Assembly (NCBI GenBank): GCA_026713485.1
Contig: JAPOOK010000051.1
Coordinates: 914 to 64,913, forward strand
Source: Chloroflexota bacterium
GTDB taxonomy: Bacteria; Chloroflexota; Dehalococcoidia; UBA6926
DNA length: 64,000 nt
Reading direction: 5' to 3'
In this document: in pieces, positions 18,582 to 29,149 of the stretch
How the letters are laid out: every line of letters begins with the position of its first letter
How positions within the stretch are numbered: the first letter of the stretch is position 1
Program-made: the position numbers and the translations under genes
Notes under the pieces: model-generated
The model's database searches: none
What the model saw: the letters and a program-made list of their open reading frames with translations, nothing else
Told to the model about the DNA's origin: nothing

Positions 18582-19459
18582 TCATTCAGGCAGTTGAACC
18601 CGAACGACGCGTGGTATCCCGGCCAGATCAAGCGCCATGTCCACTACCGTCCCCGCGGGAAAGACCTCCTTGGCAACGTCCACCATCAACGGCGCTTGCC
18701 CGTAACCGATCTCCATCAGCAATCGCCCCCCCGGCCTCAGGTAGTCCGGCGCTCCGCGAACGAGCCTCTCGGCGATTGTCATACCGCCCTCGCCCCCGTC
18801 CACCGCGACGCGTGGTTCGTGGTCCCGTATCTCCGCTTGCAGAGTCGGAAGATTCTCCGCCGGGATGTAGGGTGGGTTGCCGATGATGATGTCCACTGGC
18901 CCCAGCAGCGGCTCAAGCAAGTCGCCAACCCCGAACGTGATTCGATCCGCCACCCCGTGCCGCTCTGCGTTGGCGCCCGCTACCTCCACCGCCTCTGCTG
19001 AAATGTCCGTGGCAATGAATCGCGCCTTGGTGAGCACCGTTGCCGTGGCCACGGCTATGCATCCTGAACCCGTGCCAATGTCGGCAATCAACAGCCCTGC
19101 GCCGTCCGCGTGAGCATCGCCCATGTCCTCCACGGCCGCGATGGCCTCTTCAACGAGAAGTTCAGTCTCCGGTCGCGGTATCAACGCCCGCGCGTCCACG
19201 TAGAAAGGCAGACCGTAGAACTCCCGCTCACCTGTGATATAGAAGAGTGGCTCGCGATTCAGCCGCCGACCAAGCGCCTCCCGAAACCGCAATTCTGCAT
19301 CAGCCGAAACTTCCTGATCTGGCTCTGCCAGCAGTGATTCGGGAACAACGTCGATTGCGTACGCCAACAACAGCCGCGCCTCAAGCGCCGCAGAATCGAC
19401 CCCGGCCGCCTGCAGCTCGGCGCGCGCCTCTGTGAGCAGTCCGCGGGCCGAAGCTGGAC

Positions 19460-19463
<4 letters not shown>
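18582..19463 (-). CDS. prmC: Release-factor glutamine N5-methyltransferase
   Basis: SAM-binding DIGTGSGCIA and catalytic IIGNPPY motif. Overlaps the prfA stop by 4 nt (coupled). Confidence 0.85.
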
Positions 19464-20572
<1,109 letters not shown>

Positions 20573-20670
20573 AGTTCTTGTCCGCGCAGCGCAACTACTA
20601 GCGCTCCGCCAGAAATAGTATAGACGCGAGAATTGGACCCGAAAGAATGGAAGAGGGGTAGGAGGCAGAC

Positions 20671-21504
20671 TTACTGTAGCATCCGGGCCCGCGCCACAAT
20701 CTCTCGCACCCTGTCTCGGTCGACGCGCCCCTCCGTCACACCGTCCACCTTGAGGGCTGTTCCGAGAATCGCTCCGTCCGAGAGCGGCAGCAGTTCGCCC
20801 GCGTTGCCTATATCAAGCCCGCTGCCTATCAGGATGGGCCTGTCGGGAACTGCAGTCCTCGCACGTCGCAGATCATCCGCTGATGTCGCCGCCCCCGTCT
20901 CGTCGCCAGTCACGATGAGCGCATCCGCCAAACCGCGATACGCCGTCGACCGCGCCTCCAACTCCATCACCACACCCGCACCGACAGGGTAAGCGTGCTT
21001 GCTCATCACGTCGGCAAAGATCGGGGTACCGCTGCCAAGAAGGCGTCGCTCCCGCAGCGCCTCATGCGCCTTTCCTTCGATAATTCCCTGGTCCGTCACC
21101 AAAGCACCCGTCAGGACGTTTGTGCGTACGAAAGACGCTCCGGTGGCCGACGCGATGGAAAGCGCAGAGATTACATCCGCCCGCAGCACGTTGATGCCCA
21201 CACGAATGCGCGATTCCGCGTCCACCTCCCGCACCACGCCGTGCACCGCCAGCACTCCGATGGTCATCGCGGCGACCGTCGCCGGATGAGCGCTGCCCGC
21301 CGCGTATGGCGTGTCGCCAAAGTTCTCGACGATGATCCCGTCGATGCCTTCCTCCGCCAGGATCCTGGCATCGTCCATCGCTCGCTTGATTACATCGTCG
21401 ATATTGCCCGCCCACCGCGGCGTGCCCGGCAAGGGCGCAAGGTGAACCATCCCGATTAGAGGGCGGGGAACGGGAAAGAGCTCAGCGTATTGCGTCATGT
21501 CCAT
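20671..21504 (-). CDS. BtpA/SgcQ-family TIM-barrel protein
   Basis: GMVHLAPLPGTP N-terminal signature of the BtpA family. ~275 aa. Confidence 0.6.
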   Translation of the reverse strand: MDMTQYAELFPVPRPLIGMVHLAPLPGTPRWAGNIDDVIKRAMDDARILAEEGIDGIIVENFGDTPYAAGSAHPATVAAMTIGVLAVHGVVREVDAESRIRVGINVLRADVISALSIASATGASFVRTNVLTGALVTDQGIIEGKAHEALRERRLLGSGTPIFADVMSKHAYPVGAGVVMELEARSTAYRGLADALIVTGDETGAATSADDLRRARTAVPDRPILIGSGLDIGNAGELLPLSDGAILGTALKVDGVTEGRVDRDRVREIVARARMLQ

Positions 21505-21576
21505 GTCGCTTTCAGTCTAGGGTTCGGCGGCGTGATGTCACAAGGCCAGACCTATGACCGCTACAATTGGTGAGAC

Positions 21577-21936
21577 ATGTCGAGAGCAGCGTTCATCGGC
21601 GTCGGTGTAGCCCTCCTGTGCTTCCTGCCTCCGATCCTCCACTTCATCACCGGGCCACTCAGTCCTGCCATCGGCGGCTTCGTGGCTGGGATGCAGCTGC
21701 CGGGCCGCAAACCGTCCCTATCCGCCATAGCGGGAATGGCCGGAGTGATGACGCTGGTGCTGACAATCACCATCACCGCCTTCACAGCCATCGGCCTCAC
21801 GGTCGCCGCCAATATAGGCGACGAGGAGAGAAACTTCGGTGTCGGAGTTCTCCTGTTAGTCGCGCTCTTCTCGGCCATCTACGTCTTCGGGATGTCGCTT
21901 GTCGGCGGCCTGATAGGTTCCTCGTTGCGAAAATGA
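21577..21936 (+). CDS. Hypothetical small membrane protein (3-4 TM)
   Basis: Hydrophobic ORF with GC3-rich codon usage typical of genes in this window. No recognisable family. Confidence 0.35.
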   Translation: MSRAAFIGVGVALLCFLPPILHFITGPLSPAIGGFVAGMQLPGRKPSLSAIAGMAGVMTLVLTITITAFTAIGLTVAANIGDEERNFGVGVLLLVALFSAIYVFGMSLVGGLIGSSLRK

Positions 21937-21961
21937 AACCCAACCCGACTGACACCGCGCT

Positions 21962-22660
21962 ATGACCACTCCCAAACCTGCCGACGCCAGCTTTGACATC
22001 GTCATCTTCGATCTCGATGGAACATTGATTGACTCCCGCATCGGCATCCATTCCTCCGTCGTTCACACACTCAAGGAGATGGGCGTCCCGGCCGTCGACC
22101 AGGAGTTGCTCTCCCAATTCATCGGCCCGCCACTCATTGATTCATTCCAGGGCATTGCCGGCATGAGCGAACCCGACGCTGAACGAGCCGTCGCTGTCTA
22201 CAAGGAATACTTCGCCGTGGAGGGCATCAAGGGCTTTGAGGTCTACGAGGGCGTGTCCGAGATGCTATGGCTGCTGCGCGCCAGCGGCGTCCGGATGGCC
22301 ATCGCCACCACAAAGGACGAGGTCTTTGCCCACGAAATCGCCCTCAACGCCGATTTCATGCCATTCCTTGAGGCCGTGATCGGCAGCGACCGTGAAGGCA
22401 CGATGGTCCGCAAACCGGAACTCGTCGCCGCCGCCCTAAGGGCCTTGAAGCTGCCCGCCCCACTCCCACAAGACACAGAAACGCCCCGCATAACGATGGT
22501 CGGCGACCACGCCCTCGACATCCTCGGCGCAAAGGCCAACAACATCGCCTCAATCGCCGTCACCTACGGCTTCGGCAACAACGAAGAACTGCAACAGGCT
22601 CAGCCTGACCATATGGCCAATTCAGTGATGGAACTGAGAAACCTCTTACTGGGGGTCTAG
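21962..22660 (+). CDS. HAD-superfamily hydrolase (phosphoglycolate phosphatase-like, subfamily IA)
   Basis: Motif I IVIFDLDGTLIDS and motif IV GDHALDI. Confidence 0.7.
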   Translation: MTTPKPADASFDIVIFDLDGTLIDSRIGIHSSVVHTLKEMGVPAVDQELLSQFIGPPLIDSFQGIAGMSEPDAERAVAVYKEYFAVEGIKGFEVYEGVSEMLWLLRASGVRMAIATTKDEVFAHEIALNADFMPFLEAVIGSDREGTMVRKPELVAAALRALKLPAPLPQDTETPRITMVGDHALDILGAKANNIASIAVTYGFGNNEELQQAQPDHMANSVMELRNLLLGV

Positions 22661-22673
22661 CGGCCAATCGAAT

Positions 22674-23033
22674 CTAGGCGTGCAGCAGTCCGCGAGGAAC
22701 GAGTTGTTCGCCCCTGGGATCCACCATCAACTCAAGACCCTCGAGCGCATAGGCGCCCAATAGAGGCTGAGCCTCCTCCACGCCAAAGGCCACGATAGTG
22801 GGTACGGACCTGCCGCCATTCAGAGCAACGAACGCGAACCCAATGTCCATTTCCTCGGTGCGCCCATCCGCAAACACGAACCGGGATTCTCCAACACGTT
22901 GGACGCCGATTCCATCAAGCACAGACGATGGCAGGATACTGTAAAACGCGCCAGTATCTACAAGCGCGCCAATCTCAACCTCACCCTGCCCCGAAAGGCT
23001 CGCCAACTGAATCGTCGTCTCGAAAGTACTCAT
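22674..23033 (-). CDS. Retropepsin-like (clan AA) aspartic peptidase domain protein
   Basis: LVDTGA catalytic motif in a ~119-aa single-lobe fold. Lies immediately downstream of the CoA-transferase array. Confidence 0.5.
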   Translation of the reverse strand: MSTFETTIQLASLSGQGEVEIGALVDTGAFYSILPSSVLDGIGVQRVGESRFVFADGRTEEMDIGFAFVALNGGRSVPTIVAFGVEEAQPLLGAYALEGLELMVDPRGEQLVPRGLLHA

Positions 23034-23059
23034 GTCTCGATTTTACACGCCGGATATTC

Positions 23060-24430
23060 CTACGGTATCGACGGATCGTAATCCATCCCGATGTGGCCCT
23101 TCTTGTCGAACTCCGCGTACTCCTCGTCTGAATAGCCCAACACCGACTTATAGATATATTCGTTGTCCTCGCCCAGACGTGGCGAGTGGCGACGGGGCCC
23201 AACCCCGGGATTGTTCATCGACTTGAACGGCGTCATTAGCGCCTTATGCGTCCCCGCCTCCGGGTGTGTCACCCGCGTGAAGAATCCACGATGCTCCAGA
23301 TGCCGGTCCTCGGTCGCGTCGCGTTCATTAATCACAGCGCCGGACGGTACCCCCACCAACTGAAGCTGTTCCATGATCCATGAGGCGTGCTTTTCTGCCG
23401 TCCACGCGCTGATGATGACGTCCAACTCCGCCCTGTTCTCAAACCGTGATTCGTTGTCCTTGAAGCGCGGATCATTCACAAGCTCCGGATGACGCATCCT
23501 CTCGCACAGCGCCTGCCACTGCTCCTCATTCCGGCACGCGATCGTCACCCACTGGTCTTCGCCCTGCGTTCGATACACGTTGTGCGGCGCCAGATAGAAA
23601 TGGTTGTTGCCCATCTGCGTCCACACGCGCCCGTTCATGCTGTAGTCCATCACGAAATCGCCAAGCAACGGCACAAAATTCTCCGCCGTCGGCGCTTCGA
23701 TAAGCAGCCCCTTGCCGGTGCGCTTGAGGTATCGCTTGCCCATCAGGAACGCAAGTGTCGCGCCGATGCCGCTCGCCGCGTCCGACGGCACGCCCGCCGG
23801 CGCATACTCCGGTGACAGGTCGGGATACGTCCGAATCAGCGGATGCCCTGAGATGGCCTCCATGTGATTGCCCCAGGAACGATAGCTCTTGTACGGCCCG
23901 TCCAGCCCGAACGCCGGCATCCGAATCATGATCAGCTTCGGGTTGATCTCAGAGAGCCGTTCCCATGTGATGCCCTGACGTTCCATGCTTTGCGGCAGAT
24001 TGTTCTCAACCAGCGCGTCTGAAACGGCAACGAGTCGCTCCAGTGCCTCCTGACCCTCTTCTGTCCGCAGATTCACGGTCATCGACAACTTGTTGCGGCC
24101 ATGCGCATTGAAAACGGCGCTGCGATTCCACGGGCGTTCCCCCGGCTCACTGTCCGGCATCCCCATGCCCATATTCGTCTGAGCCTGCACCGTCGCAAGC
24201 GCGGGGCGCGCCAGCATTCCCCGCGTCGTGGACGCAAAATGCGTCGTCGACTCCACCCGTATAATCTCCGCGCCCCAGTCCGCCAACTGCATCGTCCCGT
24301 ACGGACCGGCAAACACGACCGTGAAGTCGATAATGCGCATTCCGGCCAGCGGCAGGTCAGGATCGGGCTTCGTAGGGTTGCCCGGGTTCGGCGCCCCGAG
24401 ACTATTCACACTTGAGTTATCCGCTGTCAT
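23060..24430 (-). CDS. Family III CoA-transferase (CaiB/BaiF), B-type subunit, copy 1
   Basis: MRIIDFTVVFAGPYGTMQLADWGAEIIRVE N-terminal CoA-transferase III signature and conserved Asp region (IEAPTAENF). Confidence 0.8.
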   Translation of the reverse strand: MTADNSSVNSLGAPNPGNPTKPDPDLPLAGMRIIDFTVVFAGPYGTMQLADWGAEIIRVESTTHFASTTRGMLARPALATVQAQTNMGMGMPDSEPGERPWNRSAVFNAHGRNKLSMTVNLRTEEGQEALERLVAVSDALVENNLPQSMERQGITWERLSEINPKLIMIRMPAFGLDGPYKSYRSWGNHMEAISGHPLIRTYPDLSPEYAPAGVPSDAASGIGATLAFLMGKRYLKRTGKGLLIEAPTAENFVPLLGDFVMDYSMNGRVWTQMGNNHFYLAPHNVYRTQGEDQWVTIACRNEEQWQALCERMRHPELVNDPRFKDNESRFENRAELDVIISAWTAEKHASWIMEQLQLVGVPSGAVINERDATEDRHLEHRGFFTRVTHPEAGTHKALMTPFKSMNNPGVGPRRHSPRLGEDNEYIYKSVLGYSDEEYAEFDKKGHIGMDYDPSIP

Positions 24431-24447
24431 GGCTGTCTGCTCCGTTC

Positions 24448-25680
24448 CTAAACAACCCCATCCGCTCTCAGGCCGGCGATATCCTCGGCGCTCAGCCCAA
24501 GTTCCGTCAGAACCTCGCCCGTGTGCTCGCCCAGCAGTGGCGCCCGCCGCCTCTTCGGCATTTCCGCGCCCTCGCGGTGCAGCTTGTGGTGATATCCCGG
24601 GTACTTGATCGGCCCTGTTGTCGGGTGGTCGATCTCCTGGAAATAGTTGCGCGCCATGAACTGCGGATTGTTAATGAGATCTTCGATCGTGTTAAGGGGC
24701 CCGCCCAATACGGCAAACTCCTCGCACGCCGCCCGCACCTCTTCTTTGGAGCGCTCCAGCGTCCACGGCACGATGTACGCCAGAAACTCGTCGATGCGAT
24801 CCGGCTCCGCCCGGCCCTCCGCCGTCCCCCACTCCGGCGTCTCCAGCAACTCTTCCATACCGATCATCCGGATGATGTTGGGGATAAACCGAGGCCCGCC
24901 GGTCATAAGGAAATAGCCGTCGGAGCACGGATGCACGCCGCCGCCCACCGCCACCGCGCGCCCCGGTCGGGTCCCAAGATGCCCCGTGTATTGATAGCCC
25001 ATCAGGCGACCAAGCCGCATATCGATGGAGTGCATGGCCGTCTCAAAGACGCTAACGTCCATGTAATCGCCGTCTGCGTCACGGAACTCCACCTGGAACA
25101 GTCCCAACGCGGAGGCCAGCGCCGCTGCATACCCCGCGTGGTAGCTGACCATCCGGCCCGCCGTCTTCAGCGGTTCGTTATCAGCGTCGCCGGAACTGAT
25201 CATGCTCCCGCCCATCGCGTACAGGTTTAGCTCGATGCCGATGTAGTCCCGGTACGGCCCGTCCTGCCCATAGTTTGAGACGGACGTCATCACCAGCTTG
25301 GGGTTGATCTTCTTCAGGTCCTCATACCCCAGCCCAAGCGCCTCCATCGTCCCGGGGGAAAAACTCTCCACCACAATCTGCGCGCCCTTAACAAGCTCCT
25401 TCACGATCTCACGGCCCCGCTCCGACTTGAGATCGAGCGTGACGGACCGCTTGTTGGTGTTCAGGAACATGAACAGGCCGCTGCGCTCAAGCCCAGGCAC
25501 GTCCTTATAGAACGGAGGCATGGATCGCGTGGGATCGCCTGTCTCAGGCCTCTCGATCTTGATGACATCCCCGCCGTAGTCGCCAAGGATACGGGTACCG
25601 AAAGGGCCGGCCGTCATATGCGTCAGATCGATAATGCGCACATCATCCAGCGGCATGATTGGCGTCCCGGGTGTCGTCAT
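24448..25680 (-). CDS. Family III CoA-transferase (CaiB/BaiF), A-type subunit, copy 1
   Basis: VRIIDLTHMTAGPFGTRILGDYGGDVIKIE. ~57% identical to 27047..28336. Confidence 0.8.
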   Translation of the reverse strand: MTTPGTPIMPLDDVRIIDLTHMTAGPFGTRILGDYGGDVIKIERPETGDPTRSMPPFYKDVPGLERSGLFMFLNTNKRSVTLDLKSERGREIVKELVKGAQIVVESFSPGTMEALGLGYEDLKKINPKLVMTSVSNYGQDGPYRDYIGIELNLYAMGGSMISSGDADNEPLKTAGRMVSYHAGYAAALASALGLFQVEFRDADGDYMDVSVFETAMHSIDMRLGRLMGYQYTGHLGTRPGRAVAVGGGVHPCSDGYFLMTGGPRFIPNIIRMIGMEELLETPEWGTAEGRAEPDRIDEFLAYIVPWTLERSKEEVRAACEEFAVLGGPLNTIEDLINNPQFMARNYFQEIDHPTTGPIKYPGYHHKLHREGAEMPKRRRAPLLGEHTGEVLTELGLSAEDIAGLRADGVV

Positions 25681-25724
25681 CCTCTTCTCCCCGTTCCCTC
25701 TAGATAACGCCTCAGTCCCTTCGC

Positions 25725-27044
25725 CTAATCGGCAGGGTCGAGGTCGTAATCCATGCCGATATGACCGGCTGCTTCGTACTCGGCGTAGTCCTTATCGGAA
25801 AAGCCCAGCAACTCCTTGTACACATACTCGTTGTCCTCGCCGAGGCGCGGCGGTCCCCACCGATGCCGACGCGGCGTATTCTTCGCCTTCCAGAGCGTGC
25901 TCGTGTACAGGTGCGTTCCGACCTCCGGGGCCGTCAACTCCTCCCAGAAACCGATTTCCTTCATATGTGGGTCTGCGTAGGCGTCCGACTCGGCCATCAC
26001 CGTGCCTGCTGCGATGCCGTTCGCCTGCAGCACGTTCATCGCCTCGATGGCGTCCTGTGTTACCGTCCAGGTCAACAGCTCGACATCCAGCTCGTCGTGA
26101 TGTTCCTGCCTCCCAGCGAGCGTCGCAAAGCGGCTGTCCGCCGCCAGGTCGGGCCGCTGCATGACAGTCCCGGCCACCGCCCGCCACGCCTCATCCGACT
26201 GCACACTGATGGCGATCCATCGATCATCCCCCACGCACGGGTACACGCCCTGCGGCGCATAGATCGGGTCTCGATTCCCCTGGTGCTCGGTTCGCAGACC
26301 GTTCATGGAGTAGTCCATGAACTGATCTCCCAGGTACGTCATGAAATTCTCGGCAGTTGAAAGCTCGATGAACAGCCCCTCGCCGGTCTTATCCCGGTGG
26401 CGGAGCCCCGCCGAAAACGCCAACGCCCCCGCCGCTCCGCCCGCCGCGTCCGCCGTCAACGTGTTCCCCGTCAGGCTCGGGTCCTCGCCCCGGTACCCCA
26501 TGAACGAGTAGTGGCCGACGACCGCCGCCATGTGGCTGCCGAACGTTCGGTAGTTCTTGTACGGGCCGTCGATGCCGAAAGCCGGCTGGCGGATCATGAT
26601 GGCGCGTGGATTCACCTTGTGAACACGCTCCCACGTGACGTTCACGCGCTCCATGCTGATGGGCACGTTGTTTTCCATGATCCCGTCGGATATCTGCAGC
26701 AGCCGATCAAATACCTCTTGCCCCTCAGGACGTCGCAGATCGACGGTCATGCTCCGCTTGTTGCGAGCGTGCGCGTTGAATGAGGCCCATCGATTCCACG
26801 GCCTCTCACCGGGCTCATGATCCGGGAACTGCGCCGATCCGCCTCCCAAACTCGGCATACCTCTATCGGGCCGCGGCATCATGCCCCGCGTCGTAGGCGG
26901 GAAGTGCTTGATCGATTCAATGCGAATGATCTCCGCGCCCCAATCCGCCAGCATCTGCGTGCCATAAGGCCCCGCCCAAACGACCGTGATATCGAGAATC
27001 CGCACACCCTCAAGGGGCAGCCGACGTGATCCGGTGCTGACCAT
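25725..27044 (-). CDS. Family III CoA-transferase, B-type subunit, copy 2
   Basis: VRILDITVVWAGPYGTQMLADWGAEIIRIE. Paralog of 23060..24430. Confidence 0.8.
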   Translation of the reverse strand: MVSTGSRRLPLEGVRILDITVVWAGPYGTQMLADWGAEIIRIESIKHFPPTTRGMMPRPDRGMPSLGGGSAQFPDHEPGERPWNRWASFNAHARNKRSMTVDLRRPEGQEVFDRLLQISDGIMENNVPISMERVNVTWERVHKVNPRAIMIRQPAFGIDGPYKNYRTFGSHMAAVVGHYSFMGYRGEDPSLTGNTLTADAAGGAAGALAFSAGLRHRDKTGEGLFIELSTAENFMTYLGDQFMDYSMNGLRTEHQGNRDPIYAPQGVYPCVGDDRWIAISVQSDEAWRAVAGTVMQRPDLAADSRFATLAGRQEHHDELDVELLTWTVTQDAIEAMNVLQANGIAAGTVMAESDAYADPHMKEIGFWEELTAPEVGTHLYTSTLWKAKNTPRRHRWGPPRLGEDNEYVYKELLGFSDKDYAEYEAAGHIGMDYDLDPAD

Positions 27045-27046
27045 TC

Positions 27047-28336
27047 CTACACCACCCCTTCCGACCGAAGACCGGCAATCTCCGCCTCGTCGCGTCCCAA
27101 CACATCGCGCAGAATCTCATCTGTATGCTCTCCCAGCAGAGGAGCGCGTTTACGGGCGGGCAGCCCGCTGCCGTCCACAAAATGCAGCTTCACGTGATAG
27201 CCGGGGTAGGCGATAGGCCCGGTTGTCGGATGATCGATCTCCTGGAAGAACTGCGTATGCTGCAGTTGCTCATCGTTGTGCAGGTCTTCGAACGAGTTGA
27301 TCGGCCCGCCCAGCACGCCAAACTCTTGGCACTCCGCGCGGATCTCCTTCTTGGTGCGCTCCAGCATCCACGGCACAATCACAGCCAACGACTCATCGAG
27401 CCGCTCCGGCGCCGATCGCGCCATCGGCGTCGACCACTCTGGCGTCTGTAGCAGGTCGCCCATGCCCACCATCTGCATGAAGCGCGGGAACATCGCCGGC
27501 CCCGCCGTCGTCATGAAATAACCGTCCTGGCAGATCCACGTCCCGGAACCGATAGCCCCTGCCGGCCACGGTCGTGTTGAATTGCCCCCGCCGTACTGGT
27601 ACCCCATCAGGTAGCTCTGGCGACGGTCGATGGCGCCCATCCACACCGGGAGCGCTCCCACGTCCAGGTGATCGCCTTCGCCGCTTGCCTCGACGCTCAG
27701 CAAGTGGATGGACGTGGCTGCCGCCGCAACCGCCCCCACCTGGTACGCCGCCACGCGGCCCCCGAAGTTCAGCGGTTCCCGCTCCGGGTGGCCGGTATTG
27801 ATCATCGCCCCGCCCATCGCGTAGGAGGTTATTTCCGTCGCCTCCCAGTCGCGATACGGCCCCGTCTGGCCGTAGTTGCTGATGGACGTCATGATCAGGC
27901 GCGGGTTCACAGCGCGCAGCGTCTCGTAGTCCAGCCCCAACGACGGCATCACGCGCGGCCGAAAACTCTCAACCAGCACGTCCGCGTCTTTCACCAGGTC
28001 GAGAACGATCTGCCGCCCGCGCTCCGACTTGAGGTCCAACGTCATGGAGCGCTTGCCAAGATTGGTGTACATAAACAATCCGCTGCGCTCAAGGCCCGGC
28101 TGATCCTCGTAGAACGGCGGAATATCCCGCCCCGGATCGCCCACACCGGGCCGCTCGATCTTGATCACGTCAGCGCCCCAATCCGCGAGACGACGCGTCC
28201 CAAACGGCCCCGCAACGTGCCACGTCAGGTCAATGACCCGAAGGCCGCTAAATGGCAAGACCGCTGCGTCCTGCCGCTCCCCTTGTTGTTGGCTTGCCAT
28301 AGACATGCCACCCATCCTCCCCAATGGATGCCGCAT
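27047..28336 (-). CDS. Family III CoA-transferase, A-type subunit, copy 2
   Basis: LRVIDLTWHVAGPFGTRRLADWGADVIKIE. Its stop overlaps the start of the downstream B-type gene (ATGA). Confidence 0.8.
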   Translation of the reverse strand: MRHPLGRMGGMSMASQQQGERQDAAVLPFSGLRVIDLTWHVAGPFGTRRLADWGADVIKIERPGVGDPGRDIPPFYEDQPGLERSGLFMYTNLGKRSMTLDLKSERGRQIVLDLVKDADVLVESFRPRVMPSLGLDYETLRAVNPRLIMTSISNYGQTGPYRDWEATEITSYAMGGAMINTGHPEREPLNFGGRVAAYQVGAVAAAATSIHLLSVEASGEGDHLDVGALPVWMGAIDRRQSYLMGYQYGGGNSTRPWPAGAIGSGTWICQDGYFMTTAGPAMFPRFMQMVGMGDLLQTPEWSTPMARSAPERLDESLAVIVPWMLERTKKEIRAECQEFGVLGGPINSFEDLHNDEQLQHTQFFQEIDHPTTGPIAYPGYHVKLHFVDGSGLPARKRAPLLGEHTDEILRDVLGRDEAEIAGLRSEGVV

Positions 28337-28395
28337 TATGGCACTTGCCGCCCCGCCGCGAAAGGGTAGAGCGCCCCATTATTCCGCACAATCAA

Positions 28396-28434
28396 TATGG
28401 GTTGTATGGGTGCAGGAGTATGGGTAGTATGGGT
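28396..28434 (+). promoter_or_regulatory. Four direct repeats of TATGGGT (spacing 9/14/9) immediately upstream of vapB; putative antitoxin operator
   Basis: TATGGGTtgTATGGGTgcaggagTATGGGTagTATGGGTctATG read directly from the sequence. Confidence 0.4.
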
Positions 28435-28436
28435 CT

Positions 28437-28700
28437 ATGAAGACGACTCTCGAAATCCACGATGAACTCCTACGCCGTGCAAAGCTGCACGCGAAGAAAA
28501 AGGGACGCACACTGCGCTCAGTGGTGGAGGATGGGCTTCGTCGCGCTCTCGACGACGAGCAACCGCCCAACCGGTACAAAATGCCGGACATGAGGGTCGG
28601 AGACCCCAACGGGGAAAACCCGCTCGAAAAGTACACGTGGGCGGAACTCCGGGACATGATCTACGAGAGGCCCGAATACGGAGAGTCAGAACCTGAGTGA
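28437..28700 (+). CDS. vapB: Type II antitoxin (VapB-like, RHH/DNA-binding N-terminus)
   Basis: 87-aa basic N-terminus. Overlaps the downstream PIN toxin gene by 4 nt (ATGA). Confidence 0.6.
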   Translation: MKTTLEIHDELLRRAKLHAKKKGRTLRSVVEDGLRRALDDEQPPNRYKMPDMRVGDPNGENPLEKYTWAELRDMIYERPEYGESEPE

Positions 28701-29137
28701 TAGCTGTCGATTCGAACCTGCTCGTCTATGCCCACCGCTGGGAAGCCACTGAAGACTATGAAGCCTTTGCGCTGATCCAGTCCCTGGTGGATGGCGACGA
28801 TGCCTGGGCCATTCCGTGGCCATGCATCTACGAGTTCTTCGGAGTCGTAACGAACCGCCGTATCTGGCGAGACAGTGCCACCACACCGGAACAGGCATGG
28901 TTGCAGATATCCGCATGGGCCGCCTCACCATCCCTGCGCCTACTGGGCGAAACAGACGGGTTTCTGGAAATCCTGGGACGCTTTGCTCAGCGACCGCGCG
29001 TCAGGGGCGGTGTCATCCACGACGCGCGGATAGCCGCGATTTGTGTGGCCCATGGTGTGAATACGTTGCTTACCAGGGATCGCGACTTCGCCCTCTTCCC
29101 CGAACTTCCAACCCGTGATCCCTTCTCAGCCCGGTAA
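28697..29137 (+). CDS. vapC: PIN-domain ribonuclease toxin VapC
   Basis: MIAVDSNLLVYA (Asp5), followed by conserved acidic residues (TRDRDF). Confidence 0.7.
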   Translation: MIAVDSNLLVYAHRWEATEDYEAFALIQSLVDGDDAWAIPWPCIYEFFGVVTNRRIWRDSATTPEQAWLQISAWAASPSLRLLGETDGFLEILGRFAQRPRVRGGVIHDARIAAICVAHGVNTLLTRDRDFALFPELPTRDPFSAR

Positions 29138-29149
29138 TCGTCCCGTCCC

